Source: Euglena gracilis (Eukaryota). From it: a DNA stretch of 64,000 bases. Each line of letters starts with the position of its first letter. Position 1 is the stretch's first letter. Made by a program: the position numbers and the translations under genes. The notes beneath the pieces were generated by a model. The model worked only from the letters and a program-made list of their open reading frames with translations, did no database searches and was not told the DNA's origin. Location of the stretch: NCBI GenBank assembly GCA_039621445.1, contig CP154954.1, positions 49,455,847 to 49,519,846 on the forward strand. The letters are read 5' to 3'. This document shows positions 12,676 to 24,899 of this stretch, one piece after another.

Positions 12676-13438
12676 CCAACCCCTCCCTGTAACCGCGAGT
12701 GGGACTTCCATACTATTGGGTCCGGGCCCACTTCTTAAACAAGTGTTTAACTAAATGGACCGTCGTTCATTCAGTTACTGCCCCCCCCCCCCCGGGGACC
12801 CGGCAGTTAAAGGCTCACAGACACATGTAGCTGTGTGTATATATACACATATTGTATTCAAAAAAGAACTCACCCACAACCTTCCCCCAGACTCACTCTC
12901 CCATCTTTCAAAACATGCCCCAAAAATATTAAAAACTCCCAGCCTGCTGGATCACATTGACCCGATAAGTAAATAAATAATCTTGCACAACTCACCACAC
13001 ACATGACTGATGTGTGTGGTGAGACTGTGTCTGGTGCTCACCAAAGGCGTCCCATTTCCTCACAGTCAAACAAAAGACACATGCACGCACGCACACACGC
13101 GCACGCACACACAAGATATACACCTGGCGGCTGCACCATTTTTGGCGTCTGGCACTGCAGAAAGGGAAGAGGCAGAGGCATCAAAATCACCGCCACCTTC
13201 ATCGACCCTGGCCAACCACACAACTCCAATACATACCTAGCAGCAAACTCCCTGCCGGGCCTTGCCGGAGATGGGGTCCACAATTGTGATCGAGTGAATG
13301 GACAGGGCACAGAAGTGCGCAAGGCCACACACAACAAAATGGCAACAGAGTCAGTCGTGAAGAAAAGCCATGCGGCACATCACTGCGATGACAAACCACA
13401 CACCTCGAACCCGCACCACGCACCACAATGGCTAACAC

Positions 13439-13580
13439 CTGAGCGCTTGCGCTGCAGCAGCTTCTCCCGGAGGTCGTCGCTGATCAGGACGCGGCCGCTC
13501 CGCTCATCCGGCTCAGGGTCGACGGCGAAGTCGGACTGGTCGCGGATGAACAGCTCCAGGACGTTCTTCTGCGCTCCCCG
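13439..13580 (-). CDS. Probable exon (KNVLELFIRDQSDFAVDPEPDERSGRVLISDDLREKLLQRKRS)
   Basis: Strong GC3 codon bias and a GT donor; acceptor position ambiguous. Confidence 0.7.
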
Positions 13581-14895
13581 GACAGGCATCGGGCACAACC
13601 CGGCCGGCCGGCCCCCAGCCGAACAGAAAGAGGAAAGGAAAGACTGAGAGACAAGGGGGCTGACCACAAACCCCAAACCCCAAACCCCCACCCCGAACTG
13701 TCACAGGCTGCCGGGACCTTTCCTGGGCGGGAAATTGATGGATTCTCGGGCATACCAGTTTCCCAGGGGGGGGGGGGTGGAGGCGACCAGGCGAAGCACG
13801 GCCCCATAAAAAGGACATAACAAAAGGACCAGACTTCTGGGCCTTTGGGCATCGACAATGGAGCCTTTGAAAAACGATTTCTGACCCCTGAAACTGAAAA
13901 TAAACAGCACCTTTAGGTTTGATTCTAGAAAACTGAGTTTCCTGCCTCCTGAAATGTTTCGTTCCTCCTGAAGTGTCCTTCACCCTAATATTTCAGTCTG
14001 GAAATGAGCATAGTACATTGGCTGAAAATGGACGTGTCAGCTGACTTGAAATTCGCTGTGTTCAGGGTATAATGCAATAATAAATGCCGTATAATGCAAT
14101 ACGATGACGACCTTCTCAGACATACCTCACAACACCGCCACTTTGAGCACAACACCACCACACGCTCCACCTCTCCTCCTGTTTTCTTTCTTCTCTTGTC
14201 TCGGAAGTTCTGGTTGCTAAGGCTTTAAAAAATAAGTTTTATAGTTTTTGTCGGTGTGCGCAAATGCGCAAATCAACCATTCAAATGGTTGATGTGCTCA
14301 TTTGCGCACATCGACCGCCCAAAAAGCCAGTGGTATTCAGTAAAGGGGGAATCCAGCACCACAAGAATACAAGAGACGTTATATCATAATCTCTTCACAT
14401 TTATTTTCTTGCTCCAAACACGCTGACATGGGAGGCTCTTGGTTGGTTTTAAAACGGTCGGTGTGCGCAAATGCGCACACTGTCCATTTGCACATTTGCG
14501 CACCAACATCATTTTTTGCTGTTGTTAGGGTGTCACAGAGTCTTAAACAAATCAGTGGGATAATGTGGACAACTTGCTACCGAACTCAACTGGCAACTGG
14601 TGGCAGTCCTCCTGTGTTCTTTATGTCGGCATTAACCCCAAGTGGTAGAGTTCTCTAACAGCCCATTTCTACCGATTTTATTCGTTGCATATGAACTTCC
14701 ACTGCTTTCGCAACCAACTTCAAAATCCTCCACAACACGCAGCACAACTTCAAAGCAAACAAAGGCGTGGTCCTGTCACCCCACCTCCAGAACACCACCT
14801 GCACTGGGAGTTGGAACCCAGGAAATGGAGGGTGCAGGTGCCGTTTGTTTAATTTCTCACTTCGAGGAGGTCAGTCCCCGAGGTTTTGTATTCCG

Positions 14896-15110
<215 letters not shown>

Positions 15111-16119
15111 CAGCAAAATCGGCCAAAGCACCGGGAGTGGCAGGGCCAAAAATGACAATTCGCTGTGATGCTCCCTGTGGCTCAAAGTTCTGGACGCGCC
15201 GGCTCCAAAATCACATTTTTAGACATGCAGGCAAATGTGCACACCGACCCAAAAAAAGCTCAAATGCGATTTTTGCCCGCCTAAGAAAATGAAATAAACA
15301 TGATTAAAAAAACAATTTTGAGATATATAAAACGTGCCCACTGGGAATTTCTTAAGCACCACGGGGGCTTTAGCTGAGGGCTGGGTAAAAGTGCAGAAAG
15401 GAAAAATGTGCTGGCCAAGGGGATTATAAGACTGGCTCTCTCCACCCCCCTGGGTATGCCCCCTGTTGGGAGGAGAGCGAGGAGAGTGAGGGGACGTACT
15501 TTTGGGGTGTCAATTTTGGGTCAAAATTTCAGCACTCCATTCAAAAAAAAAGAGGATCCACCAACTTCCCCCGCTGGGGCGACCCACCCGGCCTGACGGG
15601 ACCCATCCACCTTAACCCCCCCCCAGGGCAGAGTTTTGAGGTAAAATACCCCCAAAACCTCGAAAACATTATTTTTAACCCCATGCTTCAAAAAAGGGTG
15701 CTTCGAAGCAACAAATATTTTTCGTCCCAGCTGTCCCCAACTTTATTTCGCTCAGCCCCCCAGGTGAGAGCCACTGGTTGGGAAAAAGGTGCTTAATGGG
15801 TGACCCTTCGGGGGTGGGTTGCCGGCTTAAAGAATTCCCCTGAGCCCAAATCCAATACCCAACTTTTTTCTCTGAAAACCCCATTTACCCAAACAAGACC
15901 CTCCCCCAGGAGGGGTGGACTGACCAACCCGCCAAAAAGTCAAGCTGTCAGAATCCCTTTCATATTCAATTCAAAATTCAAAGCCAAACAGTACCAGCAA
16001 AGACCTCGGAGGGCCACAGTCAAGACCACTGGCAGTGAGTGAGCTTCGTGGGTTGAACGCCGTGCATCCATGGGGGTGGCCGCACCGGCAGTGCGAATGG
16101 GAGGGCCCGCCGCCCATCA

Positions 16120-16786
16120 CCAGTACGGAGCCTCCCCCTCCTCCCCCGCTGGGCCGCCGCCGCTGCTGCCACCGCCGGGGGTCTCCTCCGCGCTGGAAAA
16201 CGGATCCTCTGCCGGCAGGGTGGGGGCTGGTCCGGGGTGTGCCGGGCCACGGGAGGCCTGAGGGTCGGCCTCCAAGGCGGACCCAAAGGCATCCGATGGA
16301 CGGCAGAGCCACCGGCGGAATCAACGGAATTGCGCCAACACCAGCGGGACTGGGGTTGGGGAGCTTGCCGAAGGCTTCCAATTGAAACCAGACGACCACA
16401 GATGATCACAGGCAAAGGCAGTTAAAATCTAGACTTGGGGGGAATTAAAGATTGGGTGGAAGGGCAGCAGGGGGGGGGGACCAGAAAACTGCACTGGCAC
16501 ACAGCGAAGGTCAGAGCATGGCAATGGGCCGGAAGTCGGTGTTGAAAAAATTGTCATGAAATGGAGACTCAGCGGGTTACCACGGGCCACCACCCTGGGC
16601 AGCGGGGGTCGGGGAGGGTCGGCGTCGACGTCGGAGGGGGGCAGGGGGGCGAGGGCGGCGGGGTGGGCGATGGGGTGGGCCGTGGGGGCGAGGTCTGCAG
16701 CCTCGTCGGGGGGCGGCGGGGAGGCGGGGGAGCCCAGCAGCGCCGCCACCTCCTCCGCGGCGGCAACGTGGCGGCCGGCCGCTGCG
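16120..16786 (-). CDS. Two probable low-complexity linker exons (16581-16786 AAAGRHVAAAEEVAALLG...PRVVAR; ~16120-16208 EDPFSSAEETPGG...)
   Basis: GC3-rich, phase-compatible G|GTAACC donor and GGCAG|AG acceptor; outer boundaries uncertain. Confidence 0.55.
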
Positions 16787-16877
16787 CTGGGGCGTTGGCG
16801 GGGAATGCGTGGGTTGGGGTTGTGGTGAGCCCGGAGTCCTTTCTGCCACAAGGAGCCATTTCAGCCAGTCTCCCCTC

Positions 16878-17274
16878 CAGGAGCAGGATTTTGCTTAAGG
16901 ACCCCGGGGGGTCCACTGGCTAGCCATTTGCCAGACACGGGGGGAAAAGCCACCAGCAAGGTCTGGGGGGGGGGGTCTGTTCCCCCAAATGGTTAAAAAA
17001 AAAAATCCTCTGGCGCTGCGTGCCGAGGTAGAAATGAGGTTTTTAATTTTTTTTGGCATATTTTGTTTCAAAAAAAATCGCAAAAAATGGCCAAAAAATT
17101 GTCCATTTTTGTGGACAAAATTTTTCGGGGTCGCTGGAAAAAAATTCCCACTTGTTAGCCCTGCTAGCGGAACCCTCCCCCCTGAGGGGTCCACTAGGAT
17201 GTCCACTAGCCAATTTTGGACTAGCTGCAGTCCAGCTGCCCCCCCCCCGGGGGGTACCCTCAACCTTAATCCTG
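16878..17274. mobile_element. hAT-like MITE, CAGG...CCTG termini, 8-bp TSD (CTCCCCTC)
   Basis: CTCCCCTC at 16870-16877 and 17275-17282; same family as 52356-52789 (inverted). Confidence 0.8.
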
Positions 17275-17599
17275 CTCCCCTCCCAAAAATATGCCTCAGC
17301 CGCCTGCACCTCCAGGGAAAACAAACAGGTAAAATCGGAAGCTCGGGGATTTTGCCTCTGAAAAAAATGTGCTGGGGGGTTTACAATTGCAACAAGACAA
17401 AACGGATCCATAAAAACACATTATTATTTGTGATTTGTAAACACATTGTGTATTTGGTAAAATGATTTGGTTGTGTTAGCATATTGGACTTGCTAAAAAA
17501 AACGTCATACCTATGAAAACCATGCTGTATCGTTCCGCCAAACCTGCCGCGTGGTCTGTCATTCAGGGGCCGGGGTGAGCCACCAGCGGGGGGCAGAGG

Positions 17600-18140
17600 G
17601 CTGGCACGGCGCCGTTGAGTGCGGTGACGAACGCGTCCCGCTCCTCCGTCGTGGGGCACAGAACAACGCACAGCGGCGTCGGATCCAGCACTGGAGTGAC
17701 CTCTGCCCCAGCTGGAAGGAACCCCTGAGAGAGTCAGAGGGCGAAGCGTGTCGCAACTGCACGCTTTGGGGGGAGGGGCTCCAAAAACCAGAAAAAAATC
17801 ACACCCGAGAATGGAGCACGAACTGCCCAGAAGACACTGACCTGATTTTATACCATTTTATTTCTTGTCGGACTTGGAGTGTTGCACCCTCCTTTTATTG
17901 GTCTTAAACAATTACCGGTGATCATGATTGGCAATTATCGGCCATTGTGGCCCAGGCACACCGTCTCCTGGAGGATCTGGAGCATGGTCTCCGCAGTGGC
18001 CTCCGCGGCGAACCCCTTCACCGTCGCCCCCGGTCTCCCCGGCGGGGCCTCCCCCTCCACCTGCTGCTTGCACTTGTTGACGGTGTGCCCGGACTTTTTG
18101 CATTTGCTGCACACGACGGGCTTGCCCCCGTGGCGGCCCT
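17600..18140 (-). CDS. Exons 17962-~18140 (CCHC knuckle CSKCKKSGHTVNKC, then ATVKGFAAEATAETMLQILQET) and ~17600-17724 (GFLPAGAEV...CVVLCPTTEERDAFVTALNG): zinc knuckle plus RRM-like fold
   Basis: CX2CX4HX4C motif; GT donor at 17961 and CAG acceptor at 17725-17727, in phase; VKG...T.E.(M/L) and EE...ALNG recall RRM beta1-alpha1 and alpha2. Confidence 0.72.
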
Positions 18141-18349
18141 CTTATGAGCATCCCTGATGATATGATATGCCCCCATGAACTGGATAATGTCCCTTCCTGG
18201 GGGGGGGGGGTCAGTGGCCCTCAATTTCCTCCGCAAAGACAGAACGTTGGCGGGTGTGAACAGAGAGTTCCGACCCCAAAGCAGGGAGGGGCAATTCCAT
18301 TGCCCAAATTTTGGCGGAACACTGAAGCGAGACAGTGAGGAGGGCACGA

Positions 18350-19076
18350 CATGGCCGGGGCACTCGCGGAGGAGGTGGTGGCCGCCACAGTTGTGGCACG
18401 TCTTGCAGCGGTTGGCGGTGTGCCCCTGGGGGGAGCCGGAGGGGGGGCATGGGAGACAGCGTGCCGAGGGGCGGCACGGGCGGCAGACAGGCAGGGGGGA
18501 CAGTGGCATGGCGTAACCCCCCCCCCCTAATAGTGCTGCGGGGCCAATAGAGCTGCGGGTCCAAATAGTGCTGCACCCCCTGCCGGATGAAGCGAGCGTC
18601 CAATAGTGCTGCACCCCCCCAAATCACAGCAATGTGAAATGCGTAGAAGCTGGTGCAGCCTACTGCAGGCACCTTTTTTAATCCGCAGAGAGGGGAAAGG
18701 GGGCAAATTCCCACCCGAGCAACTCACAAAAGTCGTCCAAAGATGAACCACACGACCTCACTAGCCTCAGAGAAGGACATTGAGCAGACAAAAAGGGTGC
18801 CTGTGGTGATAGGCCGGGACTAAGAGGCACCCAGTCCAATAGTGCTGCGGGTCCAAATAGTGCTGCACCCCCCCCCCCGCCGGAGGCGGCCGTCCAATAG
18901 AGCTGTGGGTGCAATACTATTTGGGGGGGGTTTACCTCCTTCCGGCAGCGCGTGCAGAACAGCTTGTCGGGGCAGTCGCGGACGACGTGGCCGGCGCTCT
19001 TGCAGTTGTAGCAGCGCGCCTTGCGGGGCCCTGGGGGCCCCTCCGACGCCGCGGGTTCGGCTGGGTCCACGGCAGC
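18350..19076 (-). CDS. Exons 18936-19076 and ~18350-18425 encoding three tandem zinc knuckles (CYNCKSAGHVVRDC; CTRCRKE|GHTANRC; CHNCGGHHLLREC)
   Basis: The second knuckle is completed exactly by the GT-AG splice 18935-18426. Confidence 0.9.
18516..18932. mobile_element. TA-TSD MITE (ACCCCCCC..TAATAGTG / ACTATTT..GGGGGGTT termini)
   Basis: Inverted poly-C/poly-G termini, TA on both sides (18514-15, 18933-34), repeated AATAGTGCTGC motifs. Confidence 0.7.
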
Positions 19077-19370
19077 CTGGGATGAAGGCACACACGGGGG
19101 GGGGGGGGGTGGAAGGGGCAGCCTTCAGACGCTGGCAAACTTGGGGTGGCGGAGCTTGACGGAGTTCGGTGGACGGTACTTGAAAAGGCTATTTCGAAAA
19201 ATGCTGGTCTATGCAGGTCGATGCTTGCACCAACAGCCCCGCCATTTCGAAAGAATTGAATTTTGGGGTAAATTAGGGCTGTCCCGCGTCTTTGCAATAC
19301 AGCGTGACGATCCGTTGGGTCCGGAGAACTCAGAAACTTGATTTTGGGTTTGCTCGCAATCGGCACATAC

Positions 19371-19532
19371 CTCTGGGCCTTCCGCAACAGGTGGTGGGGC
19401 TGGCGGGGCGGACTGGAGCTGCTCACAGTACCGGCGCAGCTGGTCCATGAAATCATCCGCGGCCTTCTGCTTCTTGCCACCCTTGTGAGTCCGCAGGACC
19501 GACAGAATGTCCACCTCTCCCACGGCAACGGC
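19371..19532 (-). CDS. Exon (AVAVGEVDILSVLRTHKGGKKQKAADDFMDQLRRYCEQLQSAPPAPPPVAEGPE)
   Basis: CAG acceptor, GTATGT donor, phase 0/0, in frame with the exon starting at 19076. Confidence 0.8.
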
Positions 19533-19920
19533 CTGAGGTGAGGGTACCTGGCTTAGCTCAATAACATGATGTTGCCTTCTGGGAAGGCAGACGAGGAGGC
19601 GAAAAATGCCCTGCAAAAAAAAACCTGCCAAAAACCGGAAAGACTGTACATACGAAAAAAACCCTTTACGATGCCCAAAACGACTCATTGAAAAATGAAA
19701 AATGCAAAAAAAAACAACAACAAAAAATTCTAATGCACAATCTTATCCTCCGAAATCAACTGCAAAAAAAAACTGTATGGTGCATATTATCGCCCTCTTC
19801 CATCATTGTACACATGCATATGCATATACATTCATGTAAATACACAAATGCAGATTCATATTCATACGCATATATGCACATCTATATACACATGCATACA
19901 TACACACATACACACATATA

Positions 19921-20181
19921 CGGCAGCTGAATTCTTAATGCCCCTGGGGCCATTAAGAAGTTCCAGGGGTCAATTTTTTTTTGTGTTATTGATGGAATAG
20001 GGTTAGGGTTCGGAGTTCAGCTTAACTTTAGGCCTAACTGGTACACCTAACACCAATCTAAATTCGGCCTAACACCAACCTAACTCCTGGCCCTGACCCT
20101 ATTCCATCCATAACCCAAATTTTTCCGCTAACCCCTGGGAATTATCAATGCCCCCTGGGGCCATTAAGAATTCAGCTGCAA
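19921..20181. mobile_element. Small TIR element (GCAGCTGAATTCTTAATG / CATTAAGAATTCAGCTGC) with internal degenerate TTAGGG-like repeats
   Basis: 18-bp perfect inverted repeat near both ends; TA at both flanks. Confidence 0.7.
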
Positions 20182-20301
20182 TATGTATTTACTTATGTGA
20201 AAATATATCCACTTAATGTATATTTATTAATTTTTATTTCTGTATTTTCTTTATATTGACACAGGTACCTCCTGGGTGCCCCCCGCCACCATCAGGGTTA
20301 C

Positions 20302-20993
20302 CCAGATGACACTCCGAGGTGCGAGGTGGACGTGGTGCTCCTTCTGAAAGCCTGTTAAGGGTTATTGAAAGAATGCAGTTTCGGTAAGAATTTTAGGCCG
20401 AAATTTGGGCCGACCTTTGGGCCTAGCTTGGCCTAAACCTTCTGCAGTCTACGTGTGCGCGTGCACATGGCATGTGCGGCGCGCATGAGCAAACAGTTTA
20501 ACATCGCACAGGCGCACAGCAAATTGCGGGAGCCCCAAAGCGCTGGACCTCGTCGGTGACGGCCTCGGTGGGGACCGCCGCGGGGGGCGGCTGCTTCTCC
20601 TTGCGGGCGCTGTGCTGGTCCTTGCGGGCCGGGTCCTCCCTCCAGCACACGTTGCGTGTGTGCCCGGGCCGCTCGCAGAATGTGCAGAAGAGGGAGTGGG
20701 GCAGGCCAGTCCCTCTCCGCCTCCCCTGGCGCTGCGAGACGCCGGGCAACGACTGGCAACGGTCAAAATGACCGAGGGTGGCATGGGCTCTCGAGAGGCA
20801 AAGCCCCCCCCCCCCCGCACCGCTGTTGGGCATCCCTCCCCCCGGGTTGTTCCTCAACGGAGGCAACCCAGGCGTGAGGGGCGTGGTGCTGAGACCGGCC
20901 TGGGGGCGGGCAGTTCTTGACGGAGTGATCGGTGGCGTTGCAGTTGTAGCAGCTGCCGATGGGCTGCTGGCCTTGCTTTGTCACCGCACACAC
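20302..20993 (-). CDS. Three probable exons: ~20895-20993 (VC...CYNCNATDHSVKNC), ~20540-20726 (CTFCERPGHTRNVC...), 20302-20351 (FQKEHHVHLAPRSVIW)
   Basis: Two CX2CX4HX4C knuckles; GC3 bias; some junctions unresolved. Confidence 0.75.
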
Positions 20994-23110
20994 CTGCAGA
21001 GGGGGGGGGGCACCCAACCCCCCACGTCTCACCGAGAAGTGACACACCACAAATGGGGTTATTAACCTTTTCGAAATGCCTTGTCATGCCCTTCCAAAAA
21101 TATCATAAAATACACCCGGCACCGTGAAACACAACGGAAAGCGAAAGAAAGCAGGACCGGGGTCCGGGGTGCCATCACCAATCGTTCTCCACATTCCACA
21201 TGCATGACGTGCGGCAACGTGTTTCATGTCACGGATTAAGGCTGTTAGATAGGGTTCAGGTCGCTGAGCTCTTATCCCTTTATGGGTTAGAGCGAAGCTT
21301 ACCTCTGGGGAAAAGGGGGGGTCCAATCCCCCTCTCCCCTGCCCCCCCCCCCGGGTCGGGGCCACCAGGAGAACCGGCGGATTATCACCATGATCCTGGC
21401 CGTTCCTGGAATTTTTTTTTGCAGTCGTGAGCGACTGGATTTCTAGTTTCCGAATCACCTCCGTTTGACCCCCAACCCCCCGCCAGGCCCGAGTCATTCA
21501 CCCGCGAAGGGGTCCAAACTGGGTAGGATTGGCCCGCCCGCCCGCCCCCCCTCTTCCGACTCTGCCATTTTGCCGGGGTCCAAAAATCTCAAAAATATCT
21601 CGAGAAAACGTACATTATTTCCGGAAATCTAACGGTACTTTGATTTCCCCGCAACTCCCCGCCTAGTCCGAAATATGGCCAATTTACGGCCCAAAACAGC
21701 GCGGCAGGCTTGCGACTTAGCCGTTTTCGGCCCCTTTTTGGGGTCAAAAAGTCAATTTTTCTAAAGTTGCTCAAAAATGGTGGGGAATCAAAGGAAAAGT
21801 CCGGAGACTTAAATTGAAGCCCTTAAAATCCTCTATCTAACGGTACTTCCCCGCAACTCCCCGCCTAGCCTGAGTTACGGCCATTTTTTTCCCGGCCAAT
21901 TTTAGCCATTTTGTACAGGTTTGGCCTGTTCTGACTGAGCCGTTTTTGGGAGTTTCTGGTCAAAAAAAGTCGAAAAAAAATCGAAAATTTTTTGCCCGAA
22001 ACCATGTTTTTTGACCTCCCGGACCCGGAAAACCTGTTTTTGAGCCGATGACGAAAATGAGCGTTTTTCGACCCGCCAGCCCCCCGTTTTTGGCCCGAAA
22101 CCCATGGAGTTTGGGTCAAAAACGGGACAAAAAAAAGTCGAAAAAATCGAAAAAAATTTTATTTGCTCGAAACGATGTTTTTTGGCCTCCCGGGCCCGGA
22201 AAACCTGTTTCTGAGCCGAAAATGAGCATTTTTTCGACCCCCTGGCCCCCGTTTTTGGCCCAAAAACCCATGGAGTTTTGGGTCAAAAACAGGTTAAAAA
22301 GTCGAAAAAAAAATCCAACAACCCGGGCATGGGGTGTATGGGGGGGGGGTTAAAACTTCATTAACATTTCAGAAACAATTGTATTGTAAAATCACTGAAA
22401 GTCACCGTAAATTGCAAGCGTGTAGTTTGTAAATTATGAATTGCGTGAAATTTGCAATGCTGGTCTTTTTTGCCTTCCATTTTGTGCATGTCCCATTAAG
22501 AGCTCAGCACTATTCAAAACCTGGTTAAGTTAGGAATGAGGTTGGGTTTAGACCTCAAAAAATGAAACTTCAACGCCTGATTCATGCCTAATTAGAAATG
22601 TATGCAACTGACTAAATCAAAATGAATTGGAAAGTCTCCTGCCCTTTACCCTACTCCTGCCGCTCAATTGAACCAACACTAAAATAGTGACAAAGACAAA
22701 TCCGGAGAGGTTCAATGAACTCATTATCTGGACTGCAGTTCCACCGGAACAATTTTCAAATTACCGAGAGAAACCAATTTTGATCGGGGGGGGGGGACAT
22801 CGTTGGATCAGGGGGTCGGGAGTAGGGTCAGGAGGCCGAGGCCGAACTCCTAACCCTAGCCCTATTCCATCAATAATGCAAAAAAAAAATTTGGCCCCCC
22901 CCCCCTGACCCAACTGTATGGAACCCCTGGGGGGGGGGGGCATATAATTGCGACCTGCGGCGTGATCATCCTTTTTTTGAACACTCCCATTCAGAAAAAA
23001 AATCAGCCAGACTGAATTGATGGAACCCAAAAGTCAACCGGTTAGGTTAGGGTTAGGGTCTCATCTGTGGGGGATGAATGCCTCTTTCCTTTAGAAGGAC
23101 TTGGTTGCAC

Positions 23111-23312
23111 CTGTGCAGTGTGGTTATCGCCTCCACATTTGCTGCAAAATAGTGGAAACAGGCTGCAGCCCCCAGAAAGATAAGGGACAAAGTTGTGCAA
23201 ACTTCTCGTTCAAGTCAAACTGCAACGCTAATGACGCAACCACCCCACTGCATCCCCACCTTATCCAGACGTAGGTGCAAATCAACGTGATGCCGTTTAA
23301 AACACACGGGTG

Positions 23313-23344
<32 letters not shown>

Positions 23345-23550
23345 ACACACACACACACATGCCACACACACACACACATACACACACACACACACACACA
23401 TGCCACACACACACACACACACACACATACACACACACACACACACATGCCACACACACACACACACACACACACATGCCACACACACACACACACACAC
23501 ATGCCACACACACACACATACACACACACACACATACACACACACACATG

Positions 23551-23583
<33 letters not shown>

Positions 23584-24090
23584 CCACACACACACACACA
23601 CACAAGGTGACACTGGTGATAAATAAAAAAAACAGCACGGAAAGCAGGAGTCAGTGACTCCGCGAGCCATGGCCTGTCTCTCGATCACACAGGCTGCGGC
23701 CTGGCTGGGTGGGGGCAGTGGTCCACCATGTGGGTCCGGGACCAACAGTTGTAGCAGAGGAGGCCACCGGGGTTGAGGTGCCTTGGACGGCCGTGGGGCC
23801 GGTCTCCCGCCTGGTCGTTGGCCCCAGCCGCACTCAACCCTGGAGTATGAAATAACCCTGGAAACCCTGGAACACACCCAAATCGGTCCCCATCGCTTGG
23901 TTTCAAGGGCTATGTAGCCCCATTATGCTCAGTTCCATCTCCCGGTGTGTCTATCCGCCAGGGGGTGGCAGCGCTGGAATAGGCGACTGCCGTATGAGGG
24001 GGTGGCAGGCTGGAATAGGCGACTGCCGTATGGCATTGGATACACAGGAGATACGCGCGTGAAAGCTCTGTGCAACAAGTTCCTGTTCAT
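23111..24090 (-). CDS. 5' exons of the zinc-knuckle gene: ~23945-24090 (MNRNLLHRAFTR...), ~23690-23839 (CYNCWSRTHMVDHC), 23111-23162 (LFPLFCSKCGGDNHTAQ)
   Basis: Knuckle CSKCGGDNHTAQ|VC is completed by the GT-AG splice 23110-20994; the start Met is inferred. Confidence 0.72.
23313..23604. repeat. Compound (AC)n/ATGCC microsatellite
   Basis: Tandem AC runs punctuated by ATGCC. Confidence 0.95.
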
Positions 24091-24354
24091 GCCACCCAAC
24101 AGAGAGCAACATGCGATAGTGTTGGAGTCAATCTGTACGCTTATTTCCACTTGAAAAAAGTTTAATTCTGCTTTGTTCGCTTTGCCACAAATCAGCTCAC
24201 AATGGAACAGATAAGAAGCAAAGGTGCGCGGTCAAGAAGCACCAACAGCACCCGCCCTCTGGGGGAGTGCAGCTGCCCAAGGGAAGCGTCCTGCGTGGGT
24301 GGCTGCGACGGGCCTGTGCCGGTGGCAGCACTGGACTGCATTCATGGAGTGTGT

Positions 24355-24396
<42 letters not shown>

Positions 24397-24899
24397 AGAA
24401 AATTTCCGTTTATGAGGAAAGTTGTAAAGCCAATACCAGGCTTGTGCTTACCGACCGGGGGGGAGGGGGGGGTAGGTGCTATAGGGTGCCTGCCCCGAGC
24501 AGGCACACCCCCGGGGGGGGGAGGGGTCCGGGGGACCCAGAAAAGTTTCATTGAAAATGGCCTTCTCCAGGCCCCCGGGGCCTTTGGCGCCGGGGTCAGA
24601 GGGGGTGCCTGCTTGGGGCAGGCACCCCCAAAAACCCAACCCCCCCGGGGGGGGGGGGGCTTCGGATGGGGTGCCATGGGGTGCCTGCCCCTCGCATGGC
24701 ATCTCCAGGCTTCTTTTCAAAGACCTTGGGGGGTGTTTTGTGCCATGGCGCACCTGTCAATCGCACCCCACCGAGGGTCGATCCTGGCCAGGCTTTTGCT
24801 GAGTCGGAGCTCAGTACTCAGTACTCAGTACTCAGAACAGAGTTTTTTTTTGAAAAACGCTCCTGAAGGGTCTGGATCTCGCAACTTCTGTTATTGGAT

